From a virus (taxonomy: Duplodnaviria; Caudoviricetes): a stretch of DNA of 46,660 bases. Of this stretch, positions 34,667-43,699 are shown piece after piece. Under the pieces are notes generated by a model, which searched no databases, was not told the DNA's origin, and saw nothing but the letters and a program-made list of their open reading frames with translations. The stretch lies in IMG/VR virus record IMGVR_UViG_3300005713_000001, positions 1 to 46,660 of that record, one strand, 5' to 3'. The first letter of the stretch is position 1. Each line of letters begins with the position of its first letter. The translations under genes and the position numbers were made by a program.

Positions 34667-34706
34667 TTGCACCCGCTAGCCCGCGCGGCGCGTTTCACTC
34701 GCGCTC

Positions 34707-36149
34707 GTGGGATTGTTCGCCAACGCCGGCCGTTCCGTCGTAGCCGCCGCAACCGCGGCGTTGCTCGGTCGCTCGGCGTACGCACCACCCGACGACGACC
34801 TGCCAGGCTCGGGTATCGACGAGGCCGAGGTCGAATACATACGCCGGCTCATGGGCGGCCAGCTACAGCCGCTCCCACAATCGCAAACGCGTTGGTACCT
34901 GTCCGATCTCGAGCGCGCAGAATTCGACGCCGATACGGGTGACCTTGCGCGCGCAGCTCGGCTCATGCGCGCAGCTCGGCGCGACGGCCGGTTGTCGGGC
35001 GTATTGTCGACGCGCACGAGCGGTCTCGTGCGGTTGCCGAAACGCTTTCGCGGCGATCCCGAGGTCGTCGCGGCCCTCGAGCTCGGCCACGCGGATACGC
35101 GCGACGGCGACACACGCAGTGTGTTCGACGAGATGTGCCCGCCGTCCGAGCTCGCGCTACTCGCGGCCGATTGCGTGTTGCTTGGCGTGGCGATCGGCGA
35201 ACTCGTGCCTGTGCAGGGGCGCGACTACCCGGTGCTCGTGCGGCTCGATCCCGAGTTTCTCTTGTACCGATGGAACGAAAACCGTTGGTACTTCCGCTCG
35301 ATCGCGGGCCCCGTGCCGATCACACCCGGCGATGGCCGATGGGTGCTGATCACCTCGGGCGGTCGTATTGCGCCGTGGCAACACGGCCTATGGCGTTGCG
35401 TCGCCCGCGCGTACATCCGAAAGGAACACGCGCAGCTACACAAAGACAACTACGAGGGCAAGCTCGCCAACCCCGCACGCGTTGCGTACTCGCCGCAAGG
35501 CTCGAGCGAGGATCAAAAACTCGAATGGTTCAAGCGTGTGATGGCATGGGGCGTCAACACGGTGTTTGCCCTCACACCTGGCTACGAAGTCAAACTGTTA
35601 GAGTCTAACGGTCGTGGTTGGGAGTCGTTCGATACGACGATCAGCGAGTGCAACACCGAGATGATTATCTCGGTGGCAGGACAAACGGTTACCGTCGACG
35701 GCGGCGCGGGGTTTCAAAACTCGGACATTCACAAAACGATCCGCGCTGACTTGATCAAGGCTACGGCCGACGACGTCGCGGCCGCAATGAACACGCAAGT
35801 CATCCCGCCGTTCGTCGCCGTGCGTTGGGGCGTCGACGCGATCAACGGTCGGCCGTGTGTCGTCGATTGGGACGTGACGCCGCCCAAGGATCGCAACTCC
35901 GAGGCGCAATCGATGGTGACGACCGGCACGGCGATCAAGCAACTCGCCGAGGCCCTCGCCGCCGTCAATCTCGAGCTCGACGTGCCCGCGATGTGCGTGC
36001 GCTTCGCGATCCCGATCAAGGGCGACACGCAAGGTGACGGCGGCGCGACCGAGGTCGATCGCGATCGACCCGGCTTGCGGCTCGTACCCGATCCCGACGA
36101 CACCGACGACGACGACAACGAGCTCGACGACGACGAGGCGGCAGCATGA
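34707..36149 (+). CDS. Portal protein (Mu gp29/DUF935-like)
   Basis: RDGRLSGVLSTR, NTEMIISVAGQTVT; size and position after TerL. Confidence 0.85.
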   Translation: MGLFANAGRSVVAAATAALLGRSAYAPPDDDLPGSGIDEAEVEYIRRLMGGQLQPLPQSQTRWYLSDLERAEFDADTGDLARAARLMRAARRDGRLSGVLSTRTSGLVRLPKRFRGDPEVVAALELGHADTRDGDTRSVFDEMCPPSELALLAADCVLLGVAIGELVPVQGRDYPVLVRLDPEFLLYRWNENRWYFRSIAGPVPITPGDGRWVLITSGGRIAPWQHGLWRCVARAYIRKEHAQLHKDNYEGKLANPARVAYSPQGSSEDQKLEWFKRVMAWGVNTVFALTPGYEVKLLESNGRGWESFDTTISECNTEMIISVAGQTVTVDGGAGFQNSDIHKTIRADLIKATADDVAAAMNTQVIPPFVAVRWGVDAINGRPCVVDWDVTPPKDRNSEAQSMVTTGTAIKQLAEALAAVNLELDVPAMCVRFAIPIKGDTQGDGGATEVDRDRPGLRLVPDPDDTDDDDNELDDDEAAA

Positions 36150-37669
36150 AACGCAGCCGCTCGGGCACGCAGCCGCAACGCTACGACCGCACGGGGTTGC
36201 TCGCGGTCGATCCGAAAGCGTTTTTCGATTTGTTCATTGTGCCGGCGACGCGCGGCAACGAGCTCGTCGGTGACACATGCGTCGTCGAGATCGAGGGCCC
36301 GCTCGAGACACGCGACGACGGATGGTGCGACTCGTACGAGGCGATTCGCAATCGCGTCACCGAGGCATGTCAGTCGGAAGCGAAGCACATCGTGTTGCGC
36401 GTCGACTCGCCCGGCGGCGCTTGCAAAGGTTGCTTCGATACCGTGCGCGCGATTCGCGCGATGTGTGAGGCCGCGGGCAAACCGCTGTACGCGTACTGTG
36501 ATCACGCAACGAGCGCGGGCTATGCGATCGCGACCGCGGCGTCGTTTCTCATGATGCCCGACATTGGCCTCGTTGGGTCGATCGGCGTGCTCGAGCGGCG
36601 GCCCGACTACAGCGCGCAGAACGCGCAAGCGGGCGTGCGGATCGAGCTGATCACTTCCGGCGCTCGCAAGGGCGACGGCAACCCAGACAAACCGATCAGC
36701 GACGACGAGCTCGCCGCCAAACAAGAGATCGTGAACGCGACCGCGCGCGTGTTCTACGCGCTCGTCGAAGACACGCGCGGGATCGACGCGGCCGAAGTCG
36801 CCGCGATGCAAGCCGGAGTGTTCCACGCCGAGGCGGCCCGCGCGGCGCGGCTCGTCGACGACGTGGGTTCGTTCGAGTCGTTCTTGGCCCGGATCGCGGG
36901 CGGAAAGGTTGAGGCTATGAGTGCCTACGAAAAAGCCCGCTCGGCGCTAGAGGAAGCCGCCAAGGGCGACGACGCAAACGCGGCCGCGGCACAACGCGCG
37001 CTCGCCGCAATGAAGGAAAGCGGTGACGGCGGCGGCGACGACGACAAGGACAAAGACGACGAGTCGGAGTCGAGCGAGTCGAGCGAGAACGCCGCAGCCC
37101 AGGGCGACGACGACGACACCGAGGCAACGGCGGCCGAGGAACCGAGCGACGACGACAAGAAAAAGAAACCGAGCGAGCAAGGCGCGAGTGCGCGCGCGGC
37201 GAGCTCGAACACGGGCGACGCACACTCGGTTGCGCTCGAGGCACTCGCCAAAGCGCACGAGCTCGAGGCGACGCTCGCCTCGCGCGATGCCAAGGCCGAG
37301 CGCAAGCGGCTGCTCAGCAAGCGGCCCGATTTTTCAAAGGAGCTGCGCGCCGAGCTCATGCGCGACACGACGCCGATCGACACCGTGCGCCGCATGGTCA
37401 AGACATTGAAGCGCGGCCCCGTGAGCACGGCCGCCGCGGCCGCCGCTGCCACGCCCGCGGCGACGCGCGGTGATGGGCAAGGCTCCGCCGCCGCGAGCGG
37501 CAGCACTCCGAGCACGACCGCCGACGGCGCCGACATGGATATGCGCATGGGGATCGTGCAAACGACGCTCGGCACGTACCGCGAGCGCAACGCGTTGTGT
37601 TTCGGCGTCGTGCCGGCAAAACCAGCTGTAGCAGCCGCTCCGAGCGGCGGTAAGGAGGCTGCGAAGTGA
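36146..37669 (+). CDS. S49 (SppA/ClpP-class) prohead protease fused to scaffold
   Basis: VDSPGG, ATSAGYAIA, GSIGV, SGARK; acidic/Ala-rich C-terminal scaffold region. Confidence 0.88.
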   Translation: MKRSRSGTQPQRYDRTGLLAVDPKAFFDLFIVPATRGNELVGDTCVVEIEGPLETRDDGWCDSYEAIRNRVTEACQSEAKHIVLRVDSPGGACKGCFDTVRAIRAMCEAAGKPLYAYCDHATSAGYAIATAASFLMMPDIGLVGSIGVLERRPDYSAQNAQAGVRIELITSGARKGDGNPDKPISDDELAAKQEIVNATARVFYALVEDTRGIDAAEVAAMQAGVFHAEAARAARLVDDVGSFESFLARIAGGKVEAMSAYEKARSALEEAAKGDDANAAAAQRALAAMKESGDGGGDDDKDKDDESESSESSENAAAQGDDDDTEATAAEEPSDDDKKKKPSEQGASARAASSNTGDAHSVALEALAKAHELEATLASRDAKAERKRLLSKRPDFSKELRAELMRDTTPIDTVRRMVKTLKRGPVSTAAAAAAATPAATRGDGQGSAAASGSTPSTTADGADMDMRMGIVQTTLGTYRERNALCFGVVPAKPAVAAAPSGGKEAAK

Positions 37670-38424
37670 CAGCACTCATTCAAGAGCGCATGTCCCTGAT
37701 CGAGCGTTGGACGCATCACCTGTTCACGCTCGCGTCGGGCAACAAAGCGTACAAGGGCGGCCTCGCGTGCATGGATCTCAGCACGAGCAAGGTCGAGCCC
37801 GGGCACGTCGAAAGCGATCTCGTGTGGATCGGCAAGTTCGACGAAACCGTCGACGCTTCACTCGCCGACAAAGAGGTCAACGTTGATCTCGGCACCGAAA
37901 TCGAGGTCGTTTGGTGGGCTAACGACACCGTGTCGCCCGTGCTCTCAACCAACCTGTTGAGCACGTGCTACATCCTCGACGATCAAACGGTATCGGCCGA
38001 TGGCACGAGCCGCTCGGTTGCGGGCCGCGTGTGGGCGGTCGACGCGGTCAAGGGCGTTGCCGTTCAGAAGCTCGGCCCGCAAGCGTCGGTGATCTCGAGC
38101 CTCGACGGCCTCGAGCTTCTATCGACCGCGCTCGCGGCGTTCAGCTCGAACGATATCGCGCTCGCCAGTAACCCGAACGCCAACGCGGTGTACGACGTGC
38201 CGACGACGGCGGCCGCCTCGACGATCACGTTGCCCGCAACCGCGGTCGACGGAACGATCCTGTACTTCACCGCCGACGGCACCAAGAACGCGCATACGGT
38301 CACGTACCGCGACGCGACGGGCCCAACCAATCTCACGGCCGCGCTCACGGCGAGCAAGCGCCACCTCGTGATCGCCGTCAACAAGGGCGGCAAGTGGTTC
38401 GCCAACGCTCACGTGAGCCCGTGA
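37666..38424 (+). CDS. Head decoration/cement protein with an extra C-terminal domain
   Basis: Between protease and capsid genes; CYILDDQTVS..SVAGRVWAVD motif. Confidence 0.7.
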   Translation: MTALIQERMSLIERWTHHLFTLASGNKAYKGGLACMDLSTSKVEPGHVESDLVWIGKFDETVDASLADKEVNVDLGTEIEVVWWANDTVSPVLSTNLLSTCYILDDQTVSADGTSRSVAGRVWAVDAVKGVAVQKLGPQASVISSLDGLELLSTALAAFSSNDIALASNPNANAVYDVPTTAAASTITLPATAVDGTILYFTADGTKNAHTVTYRDATGPTNLTAALTASKRHLVIAVNKGGKWFANAHVSP

Positions 38425-38465
38425 GCTGAGAGCTAACAACCGACGGTCAATAAGGACTAACAATC

Positions 38466-39503
38466 ATGCCAGCTCTCACACCTAGCTATATGATGGATTT
38501 CGAGTCGCGTATGCAGCGGCTCACCGAACAAGAGTACGCGCGCCTCAACCAAAACCTATGGTGGCAACGCATCGCCAAGGTGCGGCAGACGGGCGCACGG
38601 CGCGACATTTTGACCTGGCTGCTTTCGACCGCGACGATTCGCGATCAGGGCAAGGGCGGCAATATCCAGTTCGAGGATCTCGTTTCGACGTACACCGAGG
38701 TCGAGACGCGATTCGCCGGCGATGGCCTCAAGCTCATGCGATCGCAGCTCGAGGATACCGACGGCGACGGGCTCAACCTCGGCTCGGAGTGGTCGAGTCA
38801 GATCGGCGCGTACATGGCCTATTGGCCTCAAAAGCGCGTGTCTGACTTTCTCAAGAACGGGCACGACGCGACGAAATACACGGGCTACGACAAGCTCGCG
38901 TACTTCGCGGCGAACCACCCGGTCAACCCGTTCAACACGGGCCTCGGCGTGTTCCACAACATTTTCACGGGCGCCGCGAGCGGCTCGTATCCCGGCGCGG
39001 TGCCCGTCGACGAGTCGGTGACGCCCGACGTCGCACTTGCCAACTTGGCAAAGATCATGGGCTACATCGCTACAATCAAGATGCCCAACGGCGAGGATCC
39101 GCGGTTCCTGCGACCCGCCGCGATCCTTTCCCCGCCTCGGTTGTTTCCGCGGTTGGCGTTGCTCACGGGCGCCAAGATCCTCGGTTTGCCCGCAACGGGC
39201 GGCGTTGCGACGGCCGACGTCGAGGCGATCATCAAAGCCCTCGGGTACGCGACGCCGGTCATGGTCGACGAACTCGCTGGTTTCGAAAGCGACACGACGT
39301 ATTACGTTGCGTGCGAAAACGTGCAGACCTCGCAGCTCGGCGCCGTGATCTACACGCAACGCGAGCCTTTCAAGATCAACTATTACTCGAACGTCGATCA
39401 GGCTCAGCTCGATCGCGCTCAAGAACTCGAGTGGCATTGCATCGGCCGCAACTCGGTGTCGGCTGGCCATCCGTATCTGTTGTTCAAGTGCAAGGCCGCC
39501 TAA
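38466..39503 (+). CDS. Major capsid protein (Mu gpT-like)
   Basis: EDTD, GYDKLAYFAANHPVN, RNSVSAGHPYL; strong TAAGGA RBS. Confidence 0.88.
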   Translation: MPALTPSYMMDFESRMQRLTEQEYARLNQNLWWQRIAKVRQTGARRDILTWLLSTATIRDQGKGGNIQFEDLVSTYTEVETRFAGDGLKLMRSQLEDTDGDGLNLGSEWSSQIGAYMAYWPQKRVSDFLKNGHDATKYTGYDKLAYFAANHPVNPFNTGLGVFHNIFTGAASGSYPGAVPVDESVTPDVALANLAKIMGYIATIKMPNGEDPRFLRPAAILSPPRLFPRLALLTGAKILGLPATGGVATADVEAIIKALGYATPVMVDELAGFESDTTYYVACENVQTSQLGAVIYTQREPFKINYYSNVDQAQLDRAQELEWHCIGRNSVSAGHPYLLFKCKAA

Positions 39504-39518
39504 CGGCCTAACAGATCC

Positions 39519-39575
39519 AGGCGTCGCGCCCGTAGCGGTGTATCGGACGCGCCGAGCGGGCGCGGCGCTTGTGTT
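39519..39575 (+). terminator. Stem-loop after the capsid gene (terminator/stabiliser)
   Basis: AGGCGTCGCGCCCG pairs with CGGGCGCGGCGCTT; weak U tract. Confidence 0.5.
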
Positions 39576-39599
39576 GCGTCACTCGCGTGTTGGTGCTCC

Positions 39600-40082
39600 A
39601 TGGCCTACTTGACCAAAGATCGATACAAGGTGCTCGCGCTGATCCCGCCCGAGTACGTCGATCAGGTCGAGTTGCAAGCACCCGGTTTCGTCGACGCGCA
39701 GCTCGAGACGAAATCCGATTGGATCGATTCGCAGCTTCGCAAGCGGTACAAGGCGCCGTTTCAGCCGCCGATTCCGGGCGTGATCGAGCAGTGGCTCGCG
39801 CTACTCGTGACGCCCGACGTGCTCGTGAAGCGCGGCGTCAATCCCACCGACGAGCAATTCGCATACATGGAACGCCGGGCCGAGTTCACGGCCGCGGCGA
39901 TCCAGCAAGCCGCCGACTCGGAAAAGGGTTTGTACGACTTGCCCTTGCGTGACGACGTCACCGCGACGGGGATCGCACACGCAACGCCGCTTAGTTACTC
40001 CGAGCAATCGCCGTATGTGTACACCGACGCGCAAGGCTACACGGGCCGCGCCGAGGATCAGGCTCGCCGAGGTAGCTCATGA
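39600..40082 (+). CDS. Head-tail adaptor (Mu gp36/DUF1320-like)
   Basis: MAYLT...IDSQLRKRYKAPF..PIP motif. Confidence 0.8.
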   Translation: MAYLTKDRYKVLALIPPEYVDQVELQAPGFVDAQLETKSDWIDSQLRKRYKAPFQPPIPGVIEQWLALLVTPDVLVKRGVNPTDEQFAYMERRAEFTAAAIQQAADSEKGLYDLPLRDDVTATGIAHATPLSYSEQSPYVYTDAQGYTGRAEDQARRGSS

Positions 40083-40477
40083 GCTTGGCCGACCTCGACC
40101 GCATGATTGCGACCGTGCGGCAGTTGCCCGAGCTCGCCGAGCGAGCCGCGCCCGACGTGGCCGACGTGATCGAACGCGAGCTCATGCGTACGACCACCGC
40201 GGGGCAATCTCCAAACGGCACGCCGTGGCAACTCACGCTCGAGGGCGGTAAGCCCCTTACGGGCGCCGCGAAAGCGATCGGCGTCGCCGCCGTCGGCCGC
40301 ACGATCTACGTGCGGCTTACGGGCGTCGAGGCGCGACACCACCTCGGGCGCGCTCGAGGTGGAATCGAGCGGCAAGTGATCCCGACCGGTCGGCTACCGC
40401 CGCGCATGGCCGACGCCGTGCGGGAGGTGCTTGGCCGACACTTCGCCGAGCTCGCGAGCGGGGCCGACCATGGCTGA
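40079..40477 (+). CDS. Virion morphogenesis / tail completion protein (Mu gpG-like)
   Basis: GQSPNGTPWQ..GGKPL..HHLG..RQVIP. Confidence 0.75.
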   Translation: MSLADLDRMIATVRQLPELAERAAPDVADVIERELMRTTTAGQSPNGTPWQLTLEGGKPLTGAAKAIGVAAVGRTIYVRLTGVEARHHLGRARGGIERQVIPTGRLPPRMADAVREVLGRHFAELASGADHG

Positions 40478-41027
40478 GATCCTCGCGCTCGTGAAGCTGT
40501 ACACCGACGTCGCGGCGCGCTTTGCGCTCGAAACTCCCGACGTCAAGAACGTGTTCGGTTGGCGTGAGCCCGCACGTCAACACGTCGGCCGCCGGATCGC
40601 TTGGGTGCCGGGTGATCCGGGCGGCAGCCTCGGCAAGCACGGGCCCGCGCGCAACGTCGGTCGCAACCCGCGGCCGCTCGCGACGATCAACGAGTTGTTC
40701 CACTGTGTGATCAGCGCGGCCGATCCGGATCCGGCGAAAGCCGAAAGCGAGCTCGCGCAATACATCGCCGCGCGAGCGTTGCGCGATGCATGGGAACGCG
40801 CGGTCTACCACGCCGCGCACGGCACGTTCACGATCGAGTCGGAGTCTTGGGATATCGATCGCCAAAACGAGCGGCGTTACGGCGCCGCACTCGTCGTCGT
40901 GTGCTCGGTGCAATCGGCCGTGCTCGACGAGGTGCTCGAGGGCGTGCCGGCCGACACGACGATCGAAACCGAACTGTCAGAGCTCGACGTTACTGAAACT
41001 CTCAACGTGCAGGGTGGATCCACATGA
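40470..41027 (+). CDS. Putative tail terminator
   Basis: Position directly before the sheath; size. Confidence 0.6.
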   Translation: MAEILALVKLYTDVAARFALETPDVKNVFGWREPARQHVGRRIAWVPGDPGGSLGKHGPARNVGRNPRPLATINELFHCVISAADPDPAKAESELAQYIAARALRDAWERAVYHAAHGTFTIESESWDIDRQNERRYGAALVVVCSVQSAVLDEVLEGVPADTTIETELSELDVTETLNVQGGST

Positions 41028-42490
41028 CACAACCGGCCGTAAACATCTCCGAGCAAGATGGCGCGTTAGGCGTGCTACCGCCGAGCGCGGGCAAACTCTT
41101 TGCCCTCGTCGGCCCCTCGACGATCGGGGCCGTCAACACGCCGGCGACGTTCGCACGCGTCGTCGACGTCGTCGCCGCGCGCGGGCAAGGGCCGGTCGTC
41201 GAGGCCGCGTGCCACTACATCGATCGCTATGGCAAGCCCGTGATCGTCGTTGGCACGGCCGCCTCGGTCGCGGGCACCGTTGGGTCGGTCACGTCGCTCA
41301 ACGCCGCCGGCGGCGCGGCCTCGGGCACGAGCGTCGTTACGGTCACGGCCTCGCCGACGCCCAACGACGACTACGATATCAAGGTCAAGATCGTGACCGG
41401 CGGCACGCGTGGCACCGCGGGCATCACCTATCAGGAAAGCCTCGACGACGGGCGCAACTATGGCCCCGTCAAGGCCCTCGGCACGGGGACGTCGATTGCG
41501 ATCACGGGCGCGGGTGGCGTGAGTTTCGACCTTGCGGCGGGCACGCTCGTTGCCGGCGACACGCACGCGGCGCGCTCGACCGCACCCAACTGGAACACGT
41601 CCGAGCTCGGCGCGGCCCTCGACGCGCTCGGCGCCTCGGTCGCGACTTGGGGCTCGGTGCATATCGTCGGCCCGATCGACGCGAGCGCGTTCGATACCAT
41701 CGAAACCAAGCTCGCGGGCATGCACGCCGCGGGCAAGTACCACGATTGGATCGGCAACGCGCGCATGCCCAACGCCGCCGAATCCGAAGCGACCTATCTG
41801 TCGTCGCTCGGGACGGCGTTTGCAAGCAAGTCGACCAAGCTCGGCGCGTTGTGCGCGGGCGCGTGCAAAATGTCGTCGGGCGTGAACAGCCGCAAGTACC
41901 GCCGGCCGATATCGCACGCGGTCGCCGCTCGCTCGGCGTCGGTGTCCGAAGAGATCAACATTGCCGACGTCAACCTCGGCGCGCTCGCCGTGTCGATCCG
42001 CGACGTGAATGGCAACCCCGACGAGCACGATGAATCGATCAACCCGGGCCTCGATGACGCGCGCTTTCTCACCTTGCGTACGTGGGACGGCTATCAGGGT
42101 GTGTACGTCAACCGCCCGCGGTTGTTTTCACCCGACGGGTCAGACTTCCAACTGATCCCACACCGCCGCGTGATCAACCTCGCGCACGCGGCGTTGCGGA
42201 TCTACTTCATTCGACGCACCAATAAGCCGATCCTCGTGTCGAAAACCACGGGCTTCATTCTCGAATCTGAGGCCGTCGATATCGAAGTCGGTGCACTCGC
42301 GATCTTGCGCGGTGAGCTACTCACCAAGCCGAAAGCCTCGGCCGTCGCGTTTGCGCTCAACCGCAACGACAACGTGCTTTCGAACAAGACTTTGAAGGGG
42401 CAAGCGCGGATCGTGCCGCTCGCGTACCCCGAGTTTATCAACCTCGACGTCGGCTACGTGAATCCCGCGCTGCAAATCATCGCGGTGTGA
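41024..42490 (+). CDS. Contractile tail sheath protein (DUF2586-like)
   Basis: PAVNISEQDGALG, LDDARFLTLRTWDGYQGVYV, SDFQLIPHRRVIN. Confidence 0.88.
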   Translation: MTQPAVNISEQDGALGVLPPSAGKLFALVGPSTIGAVNTPATFARVVDVVAARGQGPVVEAACHYIDRYGKPVIVVGTAASVAGTVGSVTSLNAAGGAASGTSVVTVTASPTPNDDYDIKVKIVTGGTRGTAGITYQESLDDGRNYGPVKALGTGTSIAITGAGGVSFDLAAGTLVAGDTHAARSTAPNWNTSELGAALDALGASVATWGSVHIVGPIDASAFDTIETKLAGMHAAGKYHDWIGNARMPNAAESEATYLSSLGTAFASKSTKLGALCAGACKMSSGVNSRKYRRPISHAVAARSASVSEEINIADVNLGALAVSIRDVNGNPDEHDESINPGLDDARFLTLRTWDGYQGVYVNRPRLFSPDGSDFQLIPHRRVINLAHAALRIYFIRRTNKPILVSKTTGFILESEAVDIEVGALAILRGELLTKPKASAVAFALNRNDNVLSNKTLKGQARIVPLAYPEFINLDVGYVNPALQIIAV

Positions 42491-42526
42491 CGGGGCCAAA
42501 CGGACCTAACAGTAAGGACCTGACAC

Positions 42527-43006
42527 ATGGCCGACCAATACACAATCAACGGAAATCAGTACGGCTGGGCCTCGATCATCTGCAAGGCATACGACGAAGT
42601 TTGGTCGGGCTTCACAGGGATCACGTACGGCGACAAGCGCGAGCGCGTGCTTGCGTACGGCATGGGCCGTCACCACGCGCCGCGTGGCCGCTCGCCGGGC
42701 AAGTACACGCCCGACAACGTCAAGCTCACGGGTTGGAAAAAATCCGTGCAGGAATTCCTTGCGGGGCTCGCGCGCCAAGCGCCCGATCAGCGGAGTTTCG
42801 GCGACGTCGAGTTTCAGATCACAACGCAATTCGTCGAGGATTCGGAGGGCTCGATCACCGTCGTGCACGAGCGGTGCGTCGTCGTCGGGCTCAACACGTC
42901 GCACGACGAATCGCCCGATCCACTCAAAGACGAGATCGAGATCCAACCGATGCGTATGCGTCGCAACGATCTCGTGTTGTTCGACAACCGAATCGGCGGT
43001 TTGTGA
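42527..43006 (+). CDS. Tail tube protein
   Basis: INGNQYGWASI..GITYGDK..YGMG..PRGRSPGKY; follows the sheath. Confidence 0.85.
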   Translation: MADQYTINGNQYGWASIICKAYDEVWSGFTGITYGDKRERVLAYGMGRHHAPRGRSPGKYTPDNVKLTGWKKSVQEFLAGLARQAPDQRSFGDVEFQITTQFVEDSEGSITVVHERCVVVGLNTSHDESPDPLKDEIEIQPMRMRRNDLVLFDNRIGGL

Positions 43007-43007
43007 C

Positions 43008-43478
43008 ATGACTACCAACGGCACCGACATACTACCGAAAGAGGAATCCGAAACCGCGCGCAGGTTGCGCGAGGTACGCGCGCGGCGCGCGGCGGTCGAC
43101 GAGGCACGGGCGGCCGCCGAGGCCGAGCGCGAGCTCGAGGTGACACTCGAGCGCGAGGAACGCGCACTCACCGACGCCGAGGCACTCGCCAAGGCCGAGG
43201 CCGAGTACGGGCCCGAGGGCCGCAAGATCCGCGCGCTCGAAACACCCATGGGGTTGATCATCGTGAAACGTGCGGGCAACGCCGCATTCCGGCGTTTCAT
43301 GGATCTACCCAAGGCGACGGTCGACGAGGCCGAGCGGCTCGTGCGCCCGTGTCGCGTGTATCCGAGCTCGTCGGAATTCGACAAGATCGTCGACGAGTAC
43401 CCGGCCCTATGGCTACGTCTCGCCGGCGCGGTTACCAAGCTCGCCGGATTCAAGGCCGAGGAACTCTCGGAAAAATAG
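43008..43478 (+). CDS. Tail assembly chaperone (G)
   Basis: Between tube and tape measure; ends in slippery G GAA AAA TAG. Confidence 0.75.
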   Translation: MTTNGTDILPKEESETARRLREVRARRAAVDEARAAAEAERELEVTLEREERALTDAEALAKAEAEYGPEGRKIRALETPMGLIIVKRAGNAAFRRFMDLPKATVDEAERLVRPCRVYPSSSEFDKIVDEYPALWLRLAGAVTKLAGFKAEELSEK

Positions 43479-43690
43479 AAGCGCTACGGGCGCAAGCCAA
43501 GCACAACGCGGGCGTCGCCGCCGAGTGCTTGCTCGCGGCGCGCGGGATTCGGATCGACGACGAAACCAACGAGGCCGAACTTGCCCGCGCGTACGCGGGT
43601 GCGGTCATACAGTACGAGGCGATTGCAGAGATCAAAGCACTCCGGCGCGACATAGTGTCACTAGTCAAGGCTCTCACTGTCACACGATAG
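43469..43690 (+). CDS. -1 frameshift extension (GT) of the tail chaperone
   Basis: GGAAAAA at 43469-43475; the -1 frame is open to 43690 (KIEALRAQAKH...) with no good start of its own. Confidence 0.7.
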   Translation, partial: GKIEALRAQAKHNAGVAAECLLAARGIRIDDETNEAELARAYAGAVIQYEAIAEIKALRRDIVSLVKALTVTR

Positions 43691-43699
43691 GTCCGAACC

